From Eledone cirrhosa (lineage: Eukaryota): a stretch of 64,000 bases of DNA. Both the position numbers and the translations under genes were made by a program. This document shows, in pieces, positions 27,261 to 41,777 of this stretch; the first letter of the stretch is position 1, and each line of letters opens with the position of its first letter. A model generated the notes under the pieces. The model was given only the letters and a program-made list of their open reading frames with translations, was not told where the DNA came from and searched no databases. The stretch covers positions 86,986,001 through 87,050,000 of the forward strand of contig OZ024747.1 in assembly GCA_964016885.1 (NCBI GenBank), read 5' to 3'.

Positions 27261-29010
27261 GGCGAAAAAGGAAACACATTTTCAAGTAAAGGACAAAGAT
27301 GAAGTTGAGAGATTCTAGTGCTATACGGATTTCAAATCAGGAAGCGTTTCCCCGCCGTCACGTTGTATAGAGAGTTTAATGGAATAATGATCCAATAATA
27401 ATATATTAGTACCTAGTTATAAGAAACCAATATTTTGTATAAGAAACGGTGGATTGGCAGTATCGGTAGAGGGTTGGACGCCATGCTTTGCAGCAAAGAG
27501 TTACGGCCCTTTATGGTCCGAGTTCAAATCCCGCCGAGGTTAACTTTGCCTTTCATCCTTACGGGATTGATAAAATAAAGCACCAGTAATACACTGGGAT
27601 AATTGCTGGCCTTGTGCCAAAAGTAGAAATATATTAGTACCTAGTCACTCGCCTATTATTTTTATATTTTCATGCTTCAACATTTTTAATCCTAAACAAA
27701 CAAAAGTATTAGCATAACCATAAAAGGTGGTAGAATGTCAGAATGATTAGAGAGGCAGACAAATGTTGTGTAGTGCTTCGACTTTTTACGCTCTGGGTTC
27801 AAATACTGTGGAGATCAACTTTGCTTTTCATCCTTTCGCAGTCGGTAAAATAAGATTCCAGTCAAGCACTGGGTCGATTTGATCAAGTTTCCTCACCCCA
27901 AATTTTTGGATTTCTGTCTAAAACAGTTAGTATTATCAAAACCGGCGTTGGACTGGCAGGTCAAATGTTAAGTCGTAGTTACGTTATGACTTCAAACCTC
28001 ACTGAAAACAACTTTGCTTTTCATCCTTAAAATTCAGGACCATTCAAGTCAATTTAATCGCTTTTCTCATCTATCCAAATTGCTAGCCTCGTATCTAAAT
28101 TAGAAATCATTATTAGCCGAATAGATCGAATTCTTTTCTAAACCACTATTCAGTAAGCTGAACAATAACAATAACAACAACAACTACGGTAAGTGTTCTC
28201 AGTAAAAATAACAAATGACCAGTTTTCAATCATCTTGATCGGTAAAATTAAAGAGTCACCGACTGTGACAACATTTACTCGGACAATAGGAATCACAATA
28301 ACAAAAGCCGTGGCTGTGTATTATAATGAATCCTTCGTGTGAGGTAAAGTTTTTACTAATAATTTCTATAAACAAATGAAATGAAAAACAGTCTCGACTA
28401 TTGTTATCACCATTTTAAACTACATCTGAGTAGAAATATAAAAGAAAAACAGAGAGAAGAATCTAACATTGTTCGTCAAATGAAAAGGATGCTCCCTCAG
28501 AACTTCACCAGAGCAAGTAAACCTATTTTCGGTCTACTGGGAGATTAGTACCTTTTTAGCTACTTATTGAATATAGAAACCACGATTCGATTAAACTTGT
28601 CAGTCTAATTTACATAACAATGCACGTACTGACATCGTAGATTAATTAATTCACTATGAAATAACGGCATTTTTGAATATTTCTAAATCCAAGGTCCACC
28701 TTTTAAAAAGCATGAATCAGCAATTGTAGTCCCGCTGTGAAAAGGAAACAATGTTATCATACAAGTACGTGCAAAAGGTAGCTATACCTCTGGCTATATC
28801 TCTTCCTAGGTAGAACATTGGAATCGAATCCAGCAGTTTCTAGTCCTATTACATCTTCATCAGAGAGATTAGTAATGTATTATGTATTATCATTAGATGT
28901 AGTTATTTATCATGTATAATAAAAACTGGCCATCTAATTCGCTTAACAATGCAGCATAAATAAATTTATTTATTATAAACCTGCATCGTTCTTGGATAAT
29001 TTCAAATATA

Positions 29011-29937
29011 TCATTATCTATAAAAGGCAGATTTTTGTGTCTGTATGTATGTTTCAATTTTATACATTTGCACAATTTCAAACCGATTCGACTGAATGTC
29101 TGTAAGAATGTTGTAAATGGTCTAACTTAGGTCAACGACTATTTATTTATTTCAAACTCACCCACAATTACGGAAATAATCGATAAAACTAAATACATGA
29201 CGCTTTACTCCTCTAATAGAATCTGCTTACCTCTCTCTACTCCCCTTAAAATTCGATAAAACTACATACATGCTGCAACTTTCTCTTATATACGCTTAAA
29301 CTTACAAACTTCCTTTAGGAACGCCGGAGAGAGAGAGCGAGAGGGCGTTTGTTTTTGAGTGTGGAACGGTCAAACATTTATTTACTTCAATGACAACAAA
29401 GATTATTACATTTCATACGAAACAACAATTATTCAAAAGCAACAGATAAATTTATTCAACAACAAAAAAACAGCGATAAATCTTTTATAAAACATATCTC
29501 AACGAACGTGGAAGAAAGAAGTATCAATTTATTTACTATACACAATAATATACTCTATGGGTTCACTAAACCTGCTAGAAACAGCAGCTAACTCTCCCCC
29601 ATATCTCACCCCTCCCTACTGTTTTAAATTTAGAAAACACACATTAGACAACCATGCAGAACAACTCCATCGCAGCTCTGTTGTTCGGCTGGCATCGTCT
29701 ACGCGCGTGTTGCGCAAGTACTGTGAAACAATAAATTTCAACACTTCTTTGCACAGAGATAATATCCATAGGCGAAACTACAATTGTCACTGCTGGTGCA
29801 GCTCCTGCTTCGGCACTCCAGGTCTGCAATTCATTCACCCAGTGCCTGGCAGACAAAAAAGTGCTGCCATAAAATGGGTGGTGCAACCTAACTTTGGTAA
29901 CTTACTGACCCCGAGCAACGCCGGGCTTTAATGCTAG
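29011..29937 (+). mobile_element. Non-autonomous Helitron
   Basis: 5' A|TCattatctataaaaggcag..(TGTA/TCTG) repeats; 3' hairpin cccgagcaacgccggg followed by CTAG|T; no TSD. Confidence 0.7.
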
Positions 29938-31885
29938 TATTTAATAAAACTGCAATTTTAGTCTCGATGTGAAAAGTAAACAAAGACGCTACATCCAAAG
30001 ATTTATATCTCTGTGGACCAAAATAGAAATAGGAACGTTCGGAATACTTGTTCAGCATGCTGATTACGAAAGTCACATTTTCTTTACAACCAGTAAATGT
30101 GTTCGCAAGGTTTTAAATTGATAATGATCATCTCAGAACATGGACAGAGCAAGTCAGCCAGATTTTCTGTATCACTTGCAGAAATGGCTTACCGCATAAT
30201 ATAGCGGTCCGGCACAAAGGGATCGATAAACTAAGTACCAAATTTGAAAAGAATAAGTACTTGTGTTGATATGATCACAAAACTGATTTATGTGGTGCCC
30301 CAGCATGGCAGCAATCAATGACTGTAATCATGACTAAACGAAAAACCGGCCCGTGAATATGGTAATAGTGAAATTTTGAATAAATTGTGTGTGCGTTTAA
30401 GTAGTAGCTAACGTTATTTTACATTTATTTAACACTTAACTATATTAAAACTACTGAGAACGACAATATTATAAAACTGTCGAATTGAAAATCTTTTATT
30501 TAACAATCATTCCTTACAATCATTTGGAATAACAAAGATCATTGTCAGTCGCCGATCCCTTAAGGCTTAATGGAGTGGTAATGGTGCCATGTCTTGGCCA
30601 TTTTAAACCTGGTAGCACCCATCCTTCTCCAGTTCTGAACACAACCAATTTTCCCCCCAGAGAAAGATAGAGGTGGGAGTTAAGAGATATAGAGAAGGAA
30701 TCGATCTCAGATAATGGATCCGTACTTTATTTATTGACCTCGAAAGGATGCACCGCAAAGTTGACCTCGGCGGGATTTGAACTCAGAACACAAAGTGCCA
30801 GAATGAATATCGCAAAGCATTGTGTACGGCTTGCTAATGGCTCTGCCACTTCACTGCCTGCACCACTAATTCACTTTCGTTTCAAAGACATAACTATATG
30901 GAAACTGCTGAGAAATACATTATAAGACTAAAAAACAAACGTTTTATTTAACAATCTATAAAATGATTTAGAATAACAAAAAATATTATAGTAAAAATAA
31001 ATGTATTAGTTAATGCTAAAATAAGATCCTTTGAATTTCCACTTCAATAAAAAAAAAAATGAGAAATTTGACAGACAAACAGATTGAATATAAAGATATC
31101 TTAGAAAAATACAATTCCGCAAGTTAAAGATTTTTTTTCTATGAAATATATTACCGTATAAAAACATAATTAGAAGCTAATCGGATGGATAGAATAAATT
31201 TATAAGAGTCACCTATAAAGAGAACTACTGAAAGAGACTTGCATGCTACATTTTCTATTTTAGGTTTAATCTCCACATCTTTCTGTGTAAATGATTGGTT
31301 TGAAATCCCATAATATACGCCAAAACAGAATGTTTAAATAAACAAAGTATTGTCTGTATTAAATTCAAAAGAGAATGCATAAGTTAAATGGTAATATTGT
31401 TCGTGACATGAAAGAAAATATTTAATAATAAACAAGTTTCAGCTTAGCTTTCAAATATTTTGCAACATGTAGCAGAATATGTCACAGGCATGGCTATGTG
31501 GTTAAGGAATTGACTTAGCAATCAGGTGGTCCTGGAATCGGTTCCACTGTGTGTAACTTTGGGCAAGTGTCTTCTATTATATTCTCAGGTTGAGTGTTGA
31601 ATTCAGACACCCTGCAGGACAAAAAACTAAACCTGACGAAGGGCGAAAGAACTCATAAGAGTCAACGGCCATCCAAAAGTGTGTAAATATGTATATACAC
31701 ATGTATGTATATGTATATATACATGGGTGCATGTGTGTGTATATGCGCGGGGACAGAGTAGTCGGGCTGGAGACCCAATCGCGCAGTTAAACCACTGGGA
31801 GCAACTCAGGAAACTGGGATAACTCCCATATAAAACCTGCGGCTCAATAGTAACCAATGATGTTGATCTTTTCTTCTTTTCGGGT

Positions 31886-32023
31886 TATAGCTACTGTCGC
31901 TCAGAGAGTGGGATTGGCTCAGTGCACAGTCTATAGCTACTGTCGCTCAGAGAGTGGGATTGGCTCAGTGCACAGTCTATAGCTACTGTCGCTCAGAGAG
32001 TGGGATTGGCTCAGTGCACAGTC
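31886..32023. repeat. Perfect 46-bp tandem triplication
   Basis: tatagctactgtcgctcagagagtgggattggctcagtgcacagtc x3. Confidence 0.95.
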
Positions 32024-32459
32024 TTTCCTCACTTTAAAAAAAATATTCACACACAGGCATTGCACGATAGAATTAATAATGATTAATAATGGTATATCGT
32101 GCAATGGCCATACTCGATAATGAGGGGGGCAGCCATCGCGCGTGCGTGCGCGTTGTTTTTTCTGAACTAATTCCCTTCCTTTTTCCTCTAATACTGTTAA
32201 GAAATGGCTGAACACCATACAATATCATTATAACATTGGATCTAAAGTAAGTGGTCAAGATAATTCTAATTGAGCTGAGTTCACAATCAGTCTTCGAACA
32301 CCACAAGAAATTAATTTCCTTCCCAATGTCAAAAATGTTACTTTCTCTTTCTTTATTACTACAAATTTGAAGATTTTTGCCTCTTACGATATCAACATTT
32401 TAAAATTGATTTCCATGACTGGATAGATGGTCAATCTAAGTTTAAAATCTGTCTCAAAC

Positions 32460-32690
32460 CAGATGGCCCTTTTGGCCGATGCTTATCCCGGTTTCGTAGA
32501 GTACAAGATTCCCCACTGGACAGAACGCCAGTCCATCGCAGGGTTATCCCACCCCCACCCCAGTTATTACTGGTGCTTATTTTCAGCTAAGTATGCTGAG
32601 GCAACGTAAAATGAAGTGTTTTGCTCAAGAATACAACACAACCCAGCCCGGGAATCAAGCCCACAACATTATGATCGTAAGTCCAGCATA
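32460..32690 (-). mobile_element. tRNA-derived SINE with conserved central domain (related piece at ~33960-34085 plus)
   Basis: gcttatcccggtttc..ccagtccatcgcagggtta..aagtgttttgctcaaga..cccgggaatcaagccc. Confidence 0.6.
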
Positions 32691-32985
32691 CATGGTCAAT
32701 ACATACTAAATATGAAATTGAGAAAAAGTGTTGATTTTATAACAACTTAAATCAACCCTACATTACCGATATATTTTGTAACAATTCAAAATTTGAACTA
32801 AATGATTATGTTACTGAATGACCCTTGGTATATTATTGGGATTTGTTACATAAATTCTCCAGCTTACTTCGGGAAAATGAACACCAATAACAACTAAATT
32901 TTGTAATGAGTTTAGTTTGGTGAACCTCTATTTCACAACTCATCATTCTAAGCCGGAATATTAAAAATACCAGTATATAAAATTA

Positions 32986-33212
32986 CCCCGAGAATCGCTG
33001 GACAGATTACGGGCAAAAACCAACCGGCAAGAGACCCAGGGGTAGACCCCGAGAAAGATGGTGAAATAACATCCACGAGCTTGGCTGGTCACGCTGGGGG
33101 AACCAGCAGGATCAGTTAGAGACGGTTGCTTCTGACAGAACCCGCTGGAAGGAGTGTTTGAGGACCCTGGCTCCACGGCCCCTCAGTAATAAGTGGGAGA
33201 AGAAAAGGAAGT
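32986..33212 (+). mobile_element. 3' end of a second RTE family (also 39405-39852, 44328-45185 rearranged, 50311-50700, mostly minus)
   Basis: ccaggggtagaccccgag (PRGRPR) motif and shared ccagcaggatcagttagagacggttgcttctgacag tail in four places. Confidence 0.75.
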
Positions 33213-36200
33213 ATGCAACAATATTCTGTTAAAACCTATTGCTATTTCAGCTTTTCTTTACAGATATTGAATCGGTATATTTTCTTTGTAGTTGTTTTAA
33301 ACTGTAATGCTGCGTGTTGGTGAGGGATTTTAACTTTCCTTGCAACTTATACAACGGCCAATATGAAAGATACATGTACAAACTCTACTTATCTGAATTT
33401 TTAATTTTCCACGGCATTTCTTTTATTCCATCTTCAATTTGTGTTTCTGTATGTCTACCATTGTATAATTAAGAGAAGTATCTAAGTTTCTTTGTTCATC
33501 TCTATGTGTTATAGTTTTTTTTTCTTATGCAAGTGTGAAATTACAAATAAAAGTGTCCAAAAAATATTTGAACAAGCTTGTAAAGGTAAATTAAATTTTC
33601 TTCCTCAGAAAAATGTTTTGAAAATAATTTGTATGCAAGCAAATATTATTATCACGAGTAACATCATCAAAATCACATTGGATATTGGAAAATAAAAATA
33701 ATTGTAATATTCTTTTGTAATTTTGAATTTTAAATCGTGTTTTCATAATTATATAAATTTACATGATTTTTAAAATCGATTTTACATATAGATATAGGCG
33801 CCGACATGGCTGTGTGATTAAGGAAATTATTCCGCAACCACGTAGCTTCGGGTTCAATCAAACTGCGTGGCACCATTTGTACGTACTATAGCCGAGGGTT
33901 GCTAGGCGGAAATTGAAAGACCTATCGCGTGTGTCCCAGTAAAACATTTCATTTAACGTTGCACCAGTCCTTTCAGCTAACAATGAGTACCAGTATCACC
34001 AGGAGGTAAACTCTGCGATAGACGGACATCCTGTTCATGACGGGATCTTGTACAATCAGTTCCTTAACGCCAATGAAACAGAATAATGATCAGACTCCCG
34101 ATTTGATAGAGACTATCTTAATATTACATTTGTGAGATACTCTAGTATTTATGACCGTCTTACAACCCAGCATCCGCTTTCCAAATAGAGACATTATATA
34201 TTCAAAGCAGATTTGCTTATTGAATATATTGTTAATATTAAGCACATCCCCCAGCTAGTGAAGATAATTTGATGTCAATATATGTGTATATATATATATG
34301 CTGAAAAATGAGTTTATTTCAGAGGGGGGGGGGGTCCTTTGTTTCTTTTAGAAGAAGAATAGTTTGCGCGTCGGTAGTACCAAATAGATTAATAGAGAAA
34401 TATATTAGATATTGTTTAGTGGTAATTTCATCATATCAGTTGATGCCCGGCAGCGAAATATTTTTATTTACATACCTATTTGTTAAACGGAAAGAAAATT
34501 AATTGCATTTGTCATGTTCTATGTAAGAAATTGTTCTGAATTATATACAAAGCTGTAAAAGGAAACACCATAACATATCACATTGCAATCGAATTAAAGT
34601 TATCACAATTGCTAAAATTACAGATTAATCTGTTGAAAGAACAGTTTACTTTTACTGAATATGTTAACAGGAACGAGTGTTTTGTATTATTGCCATCGTT
34701 TCTCTGTCGCTCTAAGTGATTTATATAAGATTACAAATTTTAAATGCGTAAACGAGATAAAACATATTTAATGTCAGATTTATCAGAAATATTATGAATT
34801 ATTTTTCAATTATATCTATCGAGTCTACCCAACACAAATTTCAGAAAATGAAGTTATTTCACCGTATATTCAGTATTTCGGTTAAGCATTAAAGATGATA
34901 TTAATCGTGGTTTAAAATATTATTTTACTGGTTTCAGTCATTCGACTGCGGTCATTCTGGGGCACTACAAGGATTTAGTCAATCATGTCGACTTGAATAC
35001 TTTATATTAATTTTCTCTATACCTCACTAAACAACAGCAAACGAATACATGAAAACCAAACCAACCAAAACCTACCACACACATAATTACTCAGCCAAAA
35101 CCGTAACAATACAACGTTAACAAGCATCACCCAAATAATTCATGTCAATAAACAAAACCTGAAACTCAATCAAGAAGTAAATCGGTTTTCTCCCTCTCCC
35201 TCTCTCACACAAGCTTCCGTCTGCGAAAATCCATTCATTAGGAAGACAGTTGCTCCAAATACCGTGCAGCGAGACTGCAACCGAAACAACACGAACTCCT
35301 TAACCATGCAGCCGTATCTGCGCATAGTGAATACATTCTCGCCATCCATCTCGATCCAGTTATTAATCTTTAATATTATATAGCATTGAATATAATTTCA
35401 GAACATTTCAACTAAGATTCATTCCGAGAAAAATACCTTAAGAGAACGAGGCATCAGAAGGTCTTCAGTAAGCCTTTTTGATGTTTAGCTCTCCGTTGAT
35501 TTTCCTAATACTAAAACATTTAAAGCATGCAGACGCTTTTAATGTGAATATTCTTAGAAAAATACCTGAAATAAAAACAAAATTTGTTCATAAAATTCAG
35601 TAGGGCAATTATGATAGCAACAAAGTATTTTCACAATTTTCTAATATAGTTTTCATGTATAGGTCAATTAAAAGTTAATTTTCCTATATTACCTTTTCAA
35701 TTCGATAGCTGTGATGACGAAGTAGTGGGAAGAAAAGCGATCGGTAATAAAATATTTCAAATAAAATGCTTTAAATGCTCAATAATACTACCCACATAGA
35801 AAGCGCAATGACACGTTAAATTACTTTAGTAAGCATTCTAACTATCCGACCAGCCATAATTAAAAACCTGGTGAAAAACGTCTCATTGAGGCTTTCTCGT
35901 TTATCAGCTAACGAACATATTTTCACCAGCAATTCCACATATTACAACGAAACCCTGGCTCAGGGTGGATTTTTAGATAAAGTATGAGCGCAAAACTTGC
36001 TGGGAGATGTCTATCACGCAATATAGTTTATGAATGTAGGGTTACATAGGGTAACAGACAACAGTCAAGCAGCGTTTATGCATGCACTCCCATTCATTTC
36101 GTAATCCTTTAAGGAGAAATACGATTTCAATTTCGGCCTATATCTGGTGTTTAAAAGACAACAACATCCGATATAGACCATTCTAGGAGATTGTAGCTTA

Positions 36201-36712
36201 AGCTAGATCCTATAACGGCAATAAAAGACCTTATGATCTTTGTGTTGCTAGAGCCTTGGATGTCCTTTTACGCCAAGGAAAGTATTAAACAAAATCTGAG
36301 GTAATTTTAGTTTGTAAACAAATTATTATTCAAAGATAATGGTTTTTTAGTTACAAATTTAATATCCTTTTAAGATTAAGTACAAAAGGTTCTTGTTTTA
36401 TCGCCTTCGAGGGTATGAAAGATAACATTTGCCACGGCGATTGTTGGACAAAATGTGGACGGATAAAAAATTACTAATGCATTAGGCCAAATGATCAACT
36501 AGCTTGTTTATCCCTAACAGAAGATTAAAAATGTAATTACAAGTTAGTTTGATAAAAGAGTATCCGTATTTTAAAATGTGTATGATAAAAATTTAAATGA
36601 CATTTAGACGTCAACTCTTTCGCTGATATTTTTCACGGAGTTCATAAAAATGTTTTTTAAAATATTTCGTTTTATGATTTCCTAATTGTAATTTTAAGAT
36701 AAAGATTGAATA

Positions 36713-38596
36713 TCAATTTGTGACCACAGAGAAAACGGCCGGTTGCACGCTGCCATTCCAACTATCAATACGCATATTTATAAACGGATAATACATCGGT
36801 GAAATGGGTTGTTTTTCATCATCTATACGAAACTTTTCTCTGAAAATAGAATTACAGCTAAACACGCCCATTGTTACTTCATTTAAATTAGATAGAGGGC
36901 TTGGTGGCAATTCAATCCATTTTTTTCCAAGTAATGTATCGTAAACAAAAACTCTCGTGATAAATGGTGCTACGTGTTCCAACCAAAACAATTTCGATGA
37001 GTAAGAGCAATAGTGAACAGATTCAAAGTGAGCCACAAAATAAGGAATATGTTTTGAAAGTGTCACGCTACTAGGGCGGGGTGGGGAGAATGGGACGATC
37101 GGTATATTGGCTGAAATAGTAGTCCTTTGATCAATTATGGATGTGAAAGTAAGTAACCCAGACTTAATCTGATCTATAAAGGGATTGTTTACATTTTCAG
37201 TAACTATTTTTATGCATTCGTTAAAAATAAATACTAAGCAATTTACTGGGACAACCCAAGATTTCGATTCGTAAACAACTTCCAGTCGCTTATTAAAGCT
37301 GTCATAACGTAGAAAAATGAATGTGTCGGTATTCTGGGGATCATTCTTCTCTGACTGACGAGTTGTTATAAGAATAAAAACTATGTCAAAGTTTTTTGAA
37401 TCCGGATATATTTTCATTTTACAGTCACCTTTCCAATCATTAAACATACTGCTGGCCGAGATTTTCCATCCGTTATCGTGGGTTTTAATGTGTAAGGTGA
37501 TGCCTTTATCAGATGGCGTGCAGTAAGCAGCATGCAGTCGATTATTTGAACAGAAATACTGGACAGCCAGTGATGTGTCCATGCTGGGAATTAGGATGAA
37601 AGTTGAGTTCCTGGATCTCATATTCAGCATTTTTATGTTATGCATACGTTCGTCCAAAATAACTATATCATTGTGAAGAATGCCAAGCACTTTGCTTCTC
37701 AAAGCCACGAAGATTTTCGTCCAACTATTCTCTACTGGGAAATAAACCGCTAAAACCTCTCTCTCTTTCAATACCAATATCCAATTTTCATCTAAAAATG
37801 GAGTAATTATTTCACTCCTTCGTTTATTAGAATGTACTCGTTCCAGAAAGTTTTTTATTCGAGGGTTACAATCAGCCGTTTCATTTATTTCTTCAATTTT
37901 ATATTCTAGATATATTTTAGGTATAAACCTTGTGAAATACATATAAGCATCTGGGATTCTTTTATGAAAATCTTCCTCTAGCCAAGAGAGAAGGAATCTA
38001 TAAGCATTAGGCACTCTCCTTGGAAATGGTGCATGATTCATCAAGTAAGACAATTCTATTTTCCCAATAGAATTCAGCAGATTCATTACACTTTCCTCCC
38101 AAAATATTTCCTGCATTAAAATCAAAGCCATTTGTTCAATATCCCAGAAGTAAAGCATTCTCGCAATTCTCCAGATATGTAAACAATTTGAGGGTTTTAT
38201 TCGAGTCAGCAGAAATTGCTTCCCATGAAGCATCAATCGTTTAAATGAGCAACAGTAGCATATTTTCAATATCCCTTTAATGTTGTTTTCATCAAGATAG
38301 ATTTTCCGCTCATAAAGGTAATTTATTATGTCTTCCAAGTCAGAAAAGTTGACATCAAGATGAGAGAGGTCTATAGTAACATGGCAATTGAAAGACACTT
38401 CTGCTTTCAGTTTCTCTTTAAAGTAATCACTTTCTGCTGCCAGAAGAAAGCTGTGTACAGATATTATATTGGAGTTGATTTTCAAACTGACGTCGACATA
38501 TTCCGAGTGTTGATACTGAAGGTACAGTTTTTCAAACATACAGTTTTTAGAGATATCACTAAACACGAACACCGGCTGATTGTTTTCTGCCATCAT
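36713..38596 (-). CDS. BTB/POZ-BACK domain protein (kelch-like family) with divergent C-terminal beta-rich domain; single coding exon
   Basis: 627 aa open frame; YVDVSLKI..VHSFLLAAESDYF..IINYLY (BTB), PSNCLHIWRIA..LLSWLEED (BACK); ttttcag acceptor just upstream of the ATG (38609-38611). Confidence 0.88.
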   Translation of the reverse strand: MMAENNQPVFVFSDISKNCMFEKLYLQYQHSEYVDVSLKINSNIISVHSFLLAAESDYFKEKLKAEVSFNCHVTIDLSHLDVNFSDLEDIINYLYERKIYLDENNIKGILKICYCCSFKRLMLHGKQFLLTRIKPSNCLHIWRIARMLYFWDIEQMALILMQEIFWEESVMNLLNSIGKIELSYLMNHAPFPRRVPNAYRFLLSWLEEDFHKRIPDAYMYFTRFIPKIYLEYKIEEINETADCNPRIKNFLERVHSNKRRSEIITPFLDENWILVLKEREVLAVYFPVENSWTKIFVALRSKVLGILHNDIVILDERMHNIKMLNMRSRNSTFILIPSMDTSLAVQYFCSNNRLHAAYCTPSDKGITLHIKTHDNGWKISASSMFNDWKGDCKMKIYPDSKNFDIVFILITTRQSEKNDPQNTDTFIFLRYDSFNKRLEVVYESKSWVVPVNCLVFIFNECIKIVTENVNNPFIDQIKSGLLTFTSIIDQRTTISANIPIVPFSPPRPSSVTLSKHIPYFVAHFESVHYCSYSSKLFWLEHVAPFITRVFVYDTLLGKKWIELPPSPLSNLNEVTMGVFSCNSIFREKFRIDDEKQPISPMYYPFINMRIDSWNGSVQPAVFSVVTN

Positions 38597-40422
38597 TTAA
38601 TTGATATCCTGAAAATAGTTAAGTGAAAGATGAAATAAACATCCATTAACATTTTATTTACTTATTTTCATCCAGCATTGCTCTCGGGGTGTAAAAAGAA
38701 AAGAAAAGTGAATCACTTGTCAGAAAATGTAGCTTATGATACATGATCAAACCATTATATATTTTAGTAACTAGTACCTCGATTTCAGACAGCATTTTAC
38801 TCCGAAACATTATGGCGTTAGATTGCAAAGCCATGCTCTCTTTCGACAGGTCGCAAAACAATTTTTAGGTTTTTATTGGAAGTTTACGGCAATCAGAAAA
38901 CGTTATATTTTGCATATTAAATCTTAATACTGAAATTCTAGTTGGGTAAAATAATCCTTTTCGTCACGATCTTCATGCAGAGACCAAGGCCAACTAAGCA
39001 GGCAACTTCAGTGCAGGCCTCAAAACGACTCATCACTGAATCTTAAAATATCACTGTTATACAGTTTTCTATAACTTAAATATAAAATACTTTACTGTAA
39101 TCAATAAATTAACTAAGCATCGTTGCCACGAACAGTGTTGTGGAACTATCCGCAGTGGTGGAGAGAATCATATCGTCTCATCACTTGTAAAAATTTGACG
39201 TGGGTTTGGACTGTGAAGTATAAAATGCAACGTAGGTAATTTTAGTGTGGTCAGAATTATGAGTGTCAAATCTTCGTTTGTCAGCTTACCAAATTGCAAG
39301 TTGAAATTGGTTGAGAGATTGGGACACATAACTGGATAAAATGGGAGCACATTGTAGGCTAAGGTGCTAAATCTCAGGCACCGGACCTAGCTGAAACACC
39401 ACTTCGCCCACTTATCCACAGGGTCCTCAAGTCCGTTTTCTAGCGAGTACTGTCAGAAGCAACTGTCTCCAACTGATCCCGCTGGATCTTCAAGCGAAAC
39501 TAGCTGAGCTCATTGATGTTATGCAGTTATCTTGCTCGGGGTCTACCCCTGGAACTCCTACTGATTGGTTTAGCCCGTAAAATTTCTCCAGCTATTCTTT
39601 CATGAGACATTCTGACTACACGATCTTAGTGTCATGGCTGTGAACTCTGAAATCTAAGTAGTAGCGTCTTTACCTGGAGCGACTCTCTGATCTCGGAGCG
39701 ACGCCATCTATCGAGGAACGTTACTCCAAAACCCTTTGTAGGGATCCCATTTCGGCTGCTTGTGTTCGCGATCGTATTCTGTCGCTCATTATCCAAGATT
39801 CACGACCATAGGTAAGGGTTGACACGAATCCCAAATTGAAGATATCGAGTTTGGCAGAGACATGTAACATAGAAATATATCGTAAATTATTCTGTGCGCT
39901 TCAATTAACTTGGCACCATGAAAAACAAAGTTGATAGTTCTTAAATTCTCTTTGCTTTATAAACCAAAGTTTTCAAGCGTTTTGGTTAAAAAGTGTCAAC
40001 GAGCAAAAGTAGAAAATAAAGAGTCGAGCTAGTTTTCAATAGATTATAACTTTGCTTAGTTATAAATTACACCAGTAACATAATTCCTATTAAGATCTTT
40101 GGGTTAAAGCAACGGCTAGAAATGAAAGTAAAATGATAATTTAATTGGATAAGAGAACATGGCTTCCAATTAACACTACACTAAATATATACGATAAAAA
40201 TTCATATAGCTTTGCTTTCTGGAGGGAAAATTTATTCCAAACTGATGGTGATAATTTCTTGAATCACAGAATACATTTTAGGCAAAATCATAATTACACT
40301 TATTTCATTCTTTAAGAACTTAAATTTATATCAAGTTTTTATTACAAACGATAAAGTTAAAATGTATATTACATAAATGAATTAGTACCAAATAAGAAGC
40401 GGGAAGCAAAATTTATACATAC

Positions 40423-40665
40423 CTTGTTATTAAACGTGGTTCTTGGCTAGAAAGAAATCGTACGTAAAAAAAAAAAAGTAAAATATAAAAAATAATGGAC
40501 GAGTTCAAATATGCTTAAGGGATTCAACTAAATAGAAGAATCAATACTCAACACACACCAATTTCTCCTTCACTCTTTCGCCCTCTATCACACAATTTCT
40601 CCTTCACTTTTCCCTCCCTCTCTACGTCCATATTTCTATGGCAATCTCCTCAATTTTATATATAG
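40423..40665 (-). promoter_or_regulatory. Candidate TATA box and 5' UTR exon of the BTB gene
   Basis: Minus strand TATATATAAAA near 40655-40665 and a strong donor AAG|GTATGT at 40423/40422. Confidence 0.3.
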
Positions 40666-41710
40666 CCTAACCATAAGATAAAAATCACTACATCATTAGC
40701 ACCACTCTTAAAAACACTGTAATTTCAAGCTGTCCACCTATTAATTTTACTGTTTTTAATTGTTGATTTCTTTGAATGAGGCATTAGACAAATATTTTAA
40801 ATAGAAGATACGGAATGGACCTTCGTTAATTTTGGCGATGTGTGTTCTAATTGTTCAACAGAACTGTCTGTCCGAGAAAAGAACGTGCAAATGGCTAGGC
40901 ATTTGACAGGCACCTCTACGCTTAATGTAATTTACGGGGTGATTCAGCATGATACATTATAGGACATGGTTACTCCTTTGAATACCATTGTTGTCCATCC
41001 GACGAGCTTCCAAACAGTTTCTGTCTATCCAATTTCACTCACAGGGCTTGAATTGATCCGATACTTTGGTAACTAACAGTTGCCCAAGATTCCCCATCGT
41101 GAGATCGAACCCAGGAAACTTTTTAACCATTCAACCATGCTGTGTCCACGGTAAGGTGGTATATTCCAGTATTCTCATGATTCTTTTGTTATCTCCAATT
41201 AAAAAGTGACAGTAGTGCTATCTTTGGATGAAGCACCAAGTTAAATATAGTTTAGTCTTATTAAGGTCCGGTTGTTTATTTCCCCCCTCGCTGCTTTTAA
41301 GTGTTTGCAATTTTTATTTAAATATTAGCAAAAACCATAAATTTAGAGGAAAGATATAATGAATTGAGTGAGTAGCATTTATTTTATCGACCTCTGTCAG
41401 ATATGAACTCGGAACGTAAAAGGGCGTGACCAGGGCCAGCGTTTCCATTCAAGCCAACTAGACAGCATTAGGGCCCTTGATGTACATCACTGAACCTTAA
41501 AAGATGAATTTTAAACAATTTGTAGCGCATAAATTAAATATATAAATCATTAAACATATTTGCCACATAGCACCGTTGTGAAAATAGAGAAAGTTGTGAA
41601 AATAGAGAAAGTTGTGGAAACGGTCGGATGATATTATGACAAATTTAATAAATACAGAAACTATTATTATTAGACTATATTCTGCAGTTAAAATACACGT
41701 GCGCGCGCAC

Positions 41711-41760
<50 letters not shown>

Positions 41761-41777
41761 TATACATACATACACAT

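Noticed and set aside
28797-28870. Minus-strand CTGATGA..GAAA with a possible atctct/agagat stem I
   Set aside because: No stem II and no NUH site; at most a decayed relic.
31632-31665. CTGACGA agggc GAAA...GTC
   Set aside because: Stem II absent and stem I unpaired.
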